A stretch of DNA of 64,000 bases, from NCBI GenBank assembly GCA_000182565.2, contig KQ257450.1; one strand, written 5' to 3'. The notes under the pieces are model-generated. The model was not told the DNA's origin, ran no database searches, and saw nothing but the letters and a program-made list of their open reading frames with translations. Origin of the DNA: Spizellomyces punctatus DAOM BR117 (Eukaryota). The position numbers and the translations under genes are program-made. Shown one piece after another: positions 11,786 to 19,887 of this stretch; the first letter of the stretch is position 1; each line of letters starts with the position of its first letter.

Positions 11786-11929
11786 TGAAACATCAGGTAT
11801 GATTCGAAACATTTAACCGAATCTGAAACATCAGATACGTGTTCTGAAACACGTGCCATAAATCTGAAACATCTAACCGAATCTGAAACATAGCTACATT
11901 TTCTGAAACACCTAACCGAATTAGAAACA
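11786..11929 (+). repeat. Array of 8 phased GAAACA motifs (period 19-21 bp)
   Basis: GAAACA starts at 11787, 11806, 11825, 11846, 11866, 11885, 11905 and 11924, several within a TAACCGAATCTGAAACA context. Confidence 0.85.
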
Positions 11930-12684
11930 TGTCCATTGCAAAGAGTCAATGGGGGCAAGTGACACACTTTGTAGGAGGCTTGCTACATCCCATAGCGTGT
12001 CGTGCTCTCAAGATGGGTCTAGAGGATCTCACCTTCGAGCAAAGCGAGTGTTTATTAGAAAATATGGCTGATAATCAGAAGATATATAAGGATGACAAGG
12101 AGTTGCTAGAATCACTTAAAGGTCATCTGAGACGACTCCTAAAGTGGAAGAAGCGAGAAGAGACTCAACGGAAATCTTCATCTCTCAAGTTAAAGAGGAA
12201 GTTTGAAGAGTTCGAAGAGTCCGATGGTGAAACCTTGAGTTCTGGTTCTTCATCTGATGCTGACGATTCCGATGATGCCGATGACAGCGATTACAGTCCA
12301 CAAAAGGCTAAACGCAGACGTGTCGAGAAAGAGAGTATGCCAGGCGCGGAGCGGTCAAGCCCGGTGCAGACCCATATCCCGGCGCAGAGCCATATCCCGG
12401 CGCAGAGCCATATGCCAGAAGGCATGCCGGAAGGCATGCCGGCAGGCATCCCGGCAGGCATCCCGGCAGGCTTTCCTGAGCCTGAGCGTGATGGGGAATC
12501 CGCTAATTTAGAGCAAATGCTCATGGAGCGTATCGAGCAGCAGCAGATGCAGATTAACGCACTCATAGCAGCTAGCATCCCTAAGCGCAGAAAGAGCGTC
12601 AAGGCTAAAGTGAGCGATCAGGACATTGTCCATGCTGATGTTATCAATCCTCCAGATGTAGGAAGCAGTAGCGCCGCTGCTTGA
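11929..12684 (+). CDS. Hypothetical viral protein with acidic tract, NLS-like basic motifs and (M/I)P(A/E)G repeats
   Basis: 251-aa ORF with 18-bp and 12-bp GC-rich tandem repeats at ~12372-12470. Confidence 0.65.
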   Translation: MSIAKSQWGQVTHFVGGLLHPIACRALKMGLEDLTFEQSECLLENMADNQKIYKDDKELLESLKGHLRRLLKWKKREETQRKSSSLKLKRKFEEFEESDGETLSSGSSSDADDSDDADDSDYSPQKAKRRRVEKESMPGAERSSPVQTHIPAQSHIPAQSHMPEGMPEGMPAGIPAGIPAGFPEPERDGESANLEQMLMERIEQQQMQINALIAASIPKRRKSVKAKVSDQDIVHADVINPPDVGSSSAAA

Positions 12685-12968
12685 TTCTCTTCAATTACCG
12701 TTGACACTCGCTAAAAAATCCATGAAATCAACAAAAAAAGTATGTCGTCCATTCGAAGAACGGACATGGAAACAACAAAACCAGAAAAAAAAAATACAAA
12801 ACGACAAAAACAGTCTGTAAAGGTGTTTTGTAGCACAATGTACATAGATATCCCTTTGTTTAGTATCATGTAGGGGCGTTGTTATAGAGCTTTTGTACAA
12901 CGTTTGCTAATAAACACACACGTTTAAACAAAGATAAATAATATTTTGTATACACAATATATTTTAAC

Positions 12969-13283
12969 ATGGGACGCAAATCAGGATCGATAAACACGAA
13001 GGATCGCTACAGGGTATACAAGATCGAAGAAGATGGTTCTAGAACATTTGTAAATGACTATCAGGCAGCCATAGAGATTGCTAACAGGTTAGGTGTCTCG
13101 CGCTCATACATTCATAATATAATACATGGGTTAGCAGAATCGCCTATTTCAAAGATGTATGCTATAGAAAAGTTACCATGTATACGAAAACCACCACCAC
13201 CTCCTCCTAAGATGAGATACTTTAAAATAAATCGAAAAGTGGCTATTCCTGATGATCCAGTAAAAGTTGCTCACTTCGCATGA
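12969..13283 (+). CDS. Small HTH (NUMOD1-like) DNA-binding protein
   Basis: FVNDYQAAIEIANRLGVSRSYIHNII fits a helix-turn-helix; basic N-terminus MGRKSGS. Confidence 0.6.
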   Translation: MGRKSGSINTKDRYRVYKIEEDGSRTFVNDYQAAIEIANRLGVSRSYIHNIIHGLAESPISKMYAIEKLPCIRKPPPPPPKMRYFKINRKVAIPDDPVKVAHFA

Positions 13284-13357
13284 ACATCATTCGAAGAACA
13301 AACACATTTAAAGCTTTGAAAATATTTATTTTTTAACACTATATATTTCTATTTACT

Positions 13358-16300
13358 ATGCCTTTGATTTTTGACCCAATCGCAAACAGAAACGTAAAAG
13401 AAGACTCGAAGCCTTTCGAGAAGATGATGCGGAAGATCGTCTCTGGAAACTTCTCATGTAAGAACTGGACTAAGAAACGACGAGAAGCACTAGAGAACCT
13501 TCAAATACATCGAGTACCAAGATTCCTACAATCTGAGCGAGAAAAAAGAATTGCTGCTGCGAGACGCACTGAGGCTCAAAAGCAGGCTATTGCTGAAAAG
13601 GCCAGAGAGACAAGAAGGCTTAATAAAGAAGCGGAAGAGCGCGAGATGAGAGAAATTCAAGAGAGGGCTCAGGCTGCTATTAAAAAGCGAAAGGAAGCCG
13701 CTAAGAAGGCTGCTGCCACTAGGGCTAAACGTAAGTATAATCTTCGAAAGCGTCAAGAATCATTCTCACCTTTAATATCTGTCAAAGAGATCAAAATCAA
13801 AGGTATCGGTTATACAAAGGAACTTTATCGGTTCAATCCAAAGTACACCTTCGCTACTCATGATGATATTGTTTCATTTTTCAATGATGTCATCAAGGAA
13901 TCACTTGTAGGCCTTGAATGCGGTGACAAAGTGCAAATAGGGTTTCAACATCAAAGTCTACACAATGGATTTTGGTCATCAAAAGTTGTATCAGTTAGTG
14001 ATCTGATTGCTTCTGATGTGATAGACGAAATTACTGCGAGAATGCAATCGGCTGAAATAGCATCAATCGATGAAAGCATGACTATCGAGGTGCGTCGTTT
14101 AGTTTCGGTAAAGGGCGGCGCCTTCAAAAACTATCATGACCATCTATCAGCACAGTCAAAAAGTTGTGTCATTGTTGTGAAAAACAATGGTAACGATTGT
14201 GGTATGAGAGCAGTTGCCTTATCCGTAGCATTCCATACGATGGATCACTCAACAAATGAATATGCGTACATCATGAAACAAAGAAAGCCACTGGACAAAA
14301 TTGTTACTAACTATTATGAAGGATGCGGGTTACCTGTTGGTCAGAAGATGTCTTACGGCGATTTTCCAAAGTTGGTTTCATTCCTCAAAAGGAACATCAT
14401 TATTGTTGATCTAGAGAATGGTGGTAAGCCTCTTATGGTCAAAGGTGTTAACAATGAGCGATACAATGAGAAACCTGCTACTATCCTATGTAAAGGGGAT
14501 CATTTCGATTGCATAACCAAGATTAACGCCTTTTACTGTGCATCGTATTTTTGTTTCCAATGCATGAAAGGACACAAGCATACCAATCATAAATGTGATA
14601 AGAAACGAGGATGCAACCTTTGTGGTCGGGTCACATGTAAACAAGGATCTCCCGATGATCTAGTGTTGTGTTTAAGTTGTAACTTAGGTCACTTTTCAGG
14701 AGATTGTGATGATTATCACAAGGAGAAAAAATGCGATAAAATATGGAAATGTAACAAGGAAGGCGGCTGCGGGCGTGTATTTGAGTGTGCTTATTATGAC
14801 GGTAATTGTGCTGAGTTACACAATTGCAACCACCATCTCTGCCGTCCTTGCAAGGCTTACGTCACTCCTGACCATCGATGCTTCATACAGAAAAAGAAAC
14901 CCAGAAAGCACATTAGCAAGATCATAGCATTTGATTTTGAATCAGAGTTTCTACATGATGGTGAACATCATGTAAAGTTTACGGATTGCAAGGTAGTTTG
15001 TACCGGTCTATGCCAATCTGTGTGCCAATGTCATGAGCATCACTCCTTCTTTGAATTTGATGCTTTTTATCAATTCATCTTCAAGAACCCTAATACAACA
15101 TTCATTGCTCACAATGGTCAGGGTTACGATTTCCACTTTCTCTTCAAAAAGTTCAATGACAACGGTGTTAAGCCTAAGTATATCTCAAATGGGTTGAAGA
15201 TCATTTCAATGGTGCTGCCCAAGTTCAACATCCGGTTCATTGATAGCATGTCGTTTTTGCCTATGGGACTGTCAAAGTTGCCTTCCATGTTTGGATTAGA
15301 GGAACATGTTCGTAAGGGTTACTTTCCACATTGGTTCAAATGTTCAAATGATTATAAAGGCGTTTTACCGTCTTTGGATGATTTCCGATTCGACAGTATG
15401 CCCTATGATAAACGCGCTGATGCACGACGCTGGTACAAGAAAACCCTACGCGAATGCATGAAGGGTAGGTATGTTTTTGATTACACTAAGGAACTTGTTG
15501 AATACTGCAAGAATGATGTCGATATTCTAGCAGCGGCCGTGAAATTGTTCCGAGAGCAATTCCTTGTAGCAACCGATGGTGAAATTGATCCTTGGGCTTA
15601 TAAAACCATAGCATCGGCATGTATGGGGACTTACAGGCATATGTTCATGCCTGAAGAAAGCATACCCACACATCATGAAGAAGGAATGTGGCGTCATTCA
15701 GACAAGGCTGTCCAGTGGCTCGAATATCTATGCGATAATGGCGTTCCAGATATGCGACATGTTCTACATGGTGGAGAGAAATGGATTGACTGATTAAATG
15801 GGAAAAAATTCTATGCTGATGGCTATTCTCCTTCGACAAATACTGTGTATGAATTTAATGGTTGTGAATTCCATGGGTGTAAACAATGCAAAGACGATGA
15901 TGCCGTTAATTATCGTGGTGTCCCTTATAAGTCTTTGAGACAATATACTGATAATAAGCATGAAAAATTGATTGCTCTAGGTTACAATTATGTCTCGATC
16001 TCAGAGTGTGAATATGACTCAAACAAGAAGATATGTGATTATGTTATGAGTAAAGACCTCGACATTGAATATATCCGACCTCTAGATCCTCGTAACGCAT
16101 TTTTTGGTGGTAGAACAAATGCCAGCAAACTTTACTACAAATGTTCTGAGAAGGAAAGAGTGAAATACTGCGATTTTACATCACTGTATCCTTGGGTAAA
16201 CGCTTTTGGAGAGTACCCCTGCTACTCGTTCCCCACAAGGATTCTTAACAACTTTGATGGCCAACTGAACTACAATGGTTTCATCAAGTGTCGAATAGTA

Positions 16301-17500
16301 CCCCCTCGTGGGTTATATCACCCTGTACTTCCTGCTAAGATTAACAACAAGACCATGTTTGTTCTTTGTAATAATTGTGCTGAAAAAGGAATCTCTGTTT
16401 GTCGCCACTCTGTTGAACAGAGGGCTTTTGTTGGGACTTGGTGCATTCCGGAAGTGAAGTTAGCGCTTTCAAAGGGCTATGTCATTTCTCAAGTTTATGA
16501 GGTTCTTCATTTCGAAAATACGGGATCTGATCTTTTCAAAGATTACATCTTCACATTTCTCAAAATCAAGCAGGAAGCATCAGGGTACCCTAAATGGTGT
16601 AAAAATGATGACGACAGAAAAAAGTATATTGACGACTACGAAAGCAAGCAAGGTATTCATCTTGATCCAGCCAAAATTGTCTACAATGAAGGATTACGTC
16701 TCGTGGCTAAGTTGATGCTCAATTCATTGTGGGGTAAATTCGGTCAAAAGAACAACATGCGTAAGCATATCACAATCAATGCTGAGGAAAATCCTGATGA
16801 ATACTACTCCATCATGTTCAATGATAAATATATTGTACACGACATTGTTGATTATGATAATGGTCGCACTTTGGATCTGTCATACTCCTTGCATAAGGCT
16901 GCTGTTCGTGATGACAAGAATACTAGTATTTTCATTGCTGCATACACTACCGCTTTGGCTCGTTGTAAACTTTACAGTGTTCTGGATACTGTAGGGGAAA
17001 AGGTGTTGTACTATGATACTGATTCTATTATATATGTTGATGATGATATAGGATCAACTGAAAAGACTTTGCCCTATGGTGATTATCTTGGAGACCTGAC
17101 AGATGAATTGAAAGGCGACCATATTGTAGAATTTGTTTCAGGTGGCGCTAAGAATTACTCTTACATTCTCAACAAAACGGGGAGAGCAAAGACGGTCTGT
17201 AAAGGCTTCGCACTTTCATATGAAAATGGACTCAATCTTGGACATGAGTCTATGAAGGATATAGTATTTAACCCTAGGTACATTGATGATGAAGGGATTG
17301 AGAAAGAGAGTTGTGTTAATTTTAACTTTAGCGAAATCAACATTAGTAAAACACACAGTGTGCGTAACAAGACAAAGATCATCATACCAGAAAAAAATAA
17401 CTCACCCAGCAAAAAGTACAAGTTTGTCTACGACAAACGTGTGGTTCAAGAATTTAACTCTGAGTCTAAGGTCATAGAGACACTTCCTTTCGGTTTTTAA
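13358..17500 (+). CDS. polB: Protein-primed family B DNA polymerase (single ~1380-codon gene with an in-frame TGA at 15791-15793)
   Basis: ExoI AFDFES, ExoII AHNGQGYD, ExoIII YCKNDV; polymerase motifs FFGGRT, DFTSLYP, KLMLNSLWGKFGQ, YYDTDS, KNYSY. The two track ORFs are in the same frame, separated only by one TGA. Confidence 0.95.
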
Positions 17501-17501
17501 A

Positions 17502-18602
17502 ATGGGGACAAAAACCGAACTAATCACGAAAGTTTACTATGATCCCAAGACTGGACTTCAGAGCATAGAAAAGCTCTACCAGAGACTCAAGGATCAGGGT
17601 ATTTCCAGAAAGGATATAAAGACATTCATCGACAGTCAGCATGTGCAACAAGTACACAAACCTCTTGTCAAGCCTAACTACATGCATATAACAGCCAATG
17701 GTGTTGATCACATATGGCAATCGGATTTGTGTGACATGCAGAAATATGCTACCTACAACAACGGTTACCGTTATCTGTTATGTATTGTAGACGTGTACTC
17801 TTGTTATGCCTTTGTTTTTCCTCTCAAGAATAAAACCAGAGAAAAGATTGCTGATTGTTTTACAAAGTTACTCGCTAGGCGGCGTCCTAAAAATATCACG
17901 ACTGATAGGGGTTCAGAGTACAACAACATTGTTTTTGAGCAATTGCTCAATAAGTATGGTATAAACCATTACATGGCTGAAGTTGCTGACCATAACCATA
18001 TGGGTCTGGTCGAAAGGTTTAATCGCACACTGAAAAGTGTTATCTCCAGATACATGACCGTATTTAAAACTAAGCGCTACATAGATGCTCTTCCTGACCT
18101 TGTTATGAACTACAATACTTCATATCACAGTCTATTGAAAAAGGCACCTGTCGATGTTGCTGATGGTGATTATATACGCGATAATAGCAAGGCTGTAAGT
18201 GATTTCAAGAAGTTTGACATTGGTGACCATGTAAGAATATTACTCAAACGGGATATTTTCAAAAAAGGATATGAGGCAAAATGGTCTGATGAAGTATACC
18301 ATATAGTCAATGTCGATGGCTATCGATTCGTAGTAGCATATGCCAATGGTAAAGAAATAGACCAGCATTTCAAATACTATGAATTACAGAAAACCAATGC
18401 ACCGATTACCGAGAAACCAGGTCATCGACCAGTAAAATTGACTAGAACACAAAAAGAAGTTCGCAAAGAAATTCGTCAGTTGGAGCCTGTACAAACACGA
18501 CCTACTAAAACAAGATTGCAACAGAAAAAGTTAAAAGTTCGTCCGAAGGGTACATTTTCACACATAGAAATTCCGCGGCGGAAGATGCCGGTGCAGATGT
18601 AG
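17502..18602 (+). CDS. int: Retroviral-like (rve, DDE) integrase of Polinton type
   Basis: YYDP N-terminus; catalytic WQSDLCDM / TDRGSE / VERFNRTLK; SH3-like FDIGDHVRI..FKKGY...WS; starts 1 nt after the polB stop. Confidence 0.95.
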   Translation: MGTKTELITKVYYDPKTGLQSIEKLYQRLKDQGISRKDIKTFIDSQHVQQVHKPLVKPNYMHITANGVDHIWQSDLCDMQKYATYNNGYRYLLCIVDVYSCYAFVFPLKNKTREKIADCFTKLLARRRPKNITTDRGSEYNNIVFEQLLNKYGINHYMAEVADHNHMGLVERFNRTLKSVISRYMTVFKTKRYIDALPDLVMNYNTSYHSLLKKAPVDVADGDYIRDNSKAVSDFKKFDIGDHVRILLKRDIFKKGYEAKWSDEVYHIVNVDGYRFVVAYANGKEIDQHFKYYELQKTNAPITEKPGHRPVKLTRTQKEVRKEIRQLEPVQTRPTKTRLQQKKLKVRPKGTFSHIEIPRRKMPVQM

Positions 18603-18962
18603 TCCATTTGAAGAATGGACATGAGGACCCCGGCAGGCATGCCGGGCGCGGAGCGGCCAATCCCGGCTGGTATGCCTCGAAGGTAATGTTGAGATGGGAT
18701 GAGTTCTGATGCCTGAGTTGCCTACATCTTCTGTGGAATTTTGTGTAAACAAGGAAACCAATGTTGCCATTTAAACATGTGGATATTTCTATTCTTTTTG
18801 CAATCTTGCTAGGAAAATGGGGACATTTCTCATCCCTACATGTCTCTACATAATTTTTTACTTTCCATAAGCTTCCAATTTTTACCATTGGTTTTATCCT
18901 GTGGCACTTTTTCCCTGGGAATATTTTTGATGAAATTGTCCCACAGTGCCTCACTTTGTAGT

Positions 18963-19779
18963 CAACTTACCTGCTTGTCGAGCAGCAGAGAATGTCATCG
19001 TTATCGACCCAAACAAGCGCGACATTCTCTACTGCCAAGACAGCAATGGTACGACATTTCGCTACACCGCCAACCAGCGAGCCGTGGAGACTGGAAGCCA
19101 GTGATTTGCAAAGAGACGAGAAGCAATGAAGGAAGAAGCTGGAGTTGATCTCATAGAATCACGAATACCATCCCACAAAACAATGAACCTCATGGACTTC
19201 ACTCGCTACCTTCTCGTTCGCCGCGCTGATTGGGATCGTCGCAAGGAATTCTATTCGCATCCTGCTCATACTCGATGGAAATGGCACTCCTTCATAAACC
19301 GTCAGAAGAGCGAATCAGACCTCATAAGTAACATGCGCAACAAGTACGGTGAAAACTTTACTGTTGTGATGGGTGATTGGAGCGATGCTGGTCGAACTGC
19401 AAAATTTCAGACCTCATCAAAGACAAAAGGCTGGCGCACCCTCTTTAAGCGGAACAGGATAAACTGCTTCCTTCTCGATGAGTACAAGACCTCATCTGTT
19501 TGCCCTCGCTGTTCATCCTCTGAGTTTGTCGAGAAAGGCTTCAAAGAACGACCTCATTCAAGACCTTGGCAGCGAGGCAAGGTTGAAAAAGTCCATGGAT
19601 TGCTGGGTTGTACCAACCCTAACTGTTTGCAGCAAGACTGGACGTTGAGAATGCGCTACTGGAACCGAGATACGCTGGCAACCTGTAATATGCTAACGAT
19701 CGTGCAATCAATGTTGGATGGACACGGTAGACCAGAGGTGTTCAGCAGGAGCAGCAGGAGTGTTCCAGCGGTAGCGTAG
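18963..19779 (+). pseudogene. Fz1: Fanzor1 (eukaryotic TnpB-family RNA-guided nuclease), 3' part only, with an in-frame TGA at 19102-19104
   Basis: The frame of ORF 19126 extends upstream as NLPACRAAENVIVIDPNKRDILYCQDSNG (RuvC-I Asp at 19006). Also present: VMGDWS, LDEYKTSSVCPRC (RuvC-II Glu + Zn finger), CTNPNC and WNRD (RuvC-III). Closely resembles SpuFz1 as I recall it. Confidence 0.93.
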
Positions 19780-19797
19780 CGTAGATTAGTTAGATTA

Positions 19798-19887
19798 GCT
19801 TTTCCGAACTGGTTGTCGCCGGTTCAATCCATGGTGCGGGTGCTAGTGCCAATACCCACCGGCTCCGCACTATCGACACCAGCAAGA
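19798..19887 (+). ncRNA. Fanzor1 omegaRNA (~75-nt scaffold ending ...CCGGCTCCGCACTA at 19872, plus predicted ~15-nt guide TCGACACCAGCAAGA)
   Basis: Lies just downstream of the Fanzor stop. TTTCCGAACTGGTTGTCGCCGGTTCAATCCATGGTGCGGGTGCTAGTGCCAATACCCACCGGCTCCGCACTA resembles the SpuFz1 scaffold/right end as recalled. Ends are approximate. Confidence 0.82.

Larger units (their letters stand above)
1..18962. mobile_element. Endogenous Polinton-like virus / adintovirus-type element (pPolB + rve integrase + MCP + penton + packaging ATPase + fibres); left end outside window
   Basis: Compact, intronless, AT-rich block carrying the hallmark Polinton/PLV gene set. It switches abruptly to Fanzor coding sequence at ~18962, so the right boundary is inferred from where Fanzor-like codons begin. 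Confidence 0.93.

Noticed and set aside
11786-11929. CRISPR-like array
   Set aside because: The period is only ~20 bp, the spacers are related to each other, there are no cas genes, and the context is eukaryotic.
5856-15793. Alternative genetic code (TGA=Trp) for the virus
   Set aside because: The contexts favour Arg rather than Trp, conserved Trp residues use TGG, and the adjacent Fanzor has the same lesion. CpG decay is simpler.
18963-19872. Fanzor as intact cargo of the virus
   Set aside because: It lacks its N-terminal half and start, has a premature stop, and lies outside the presumed viral terminus.
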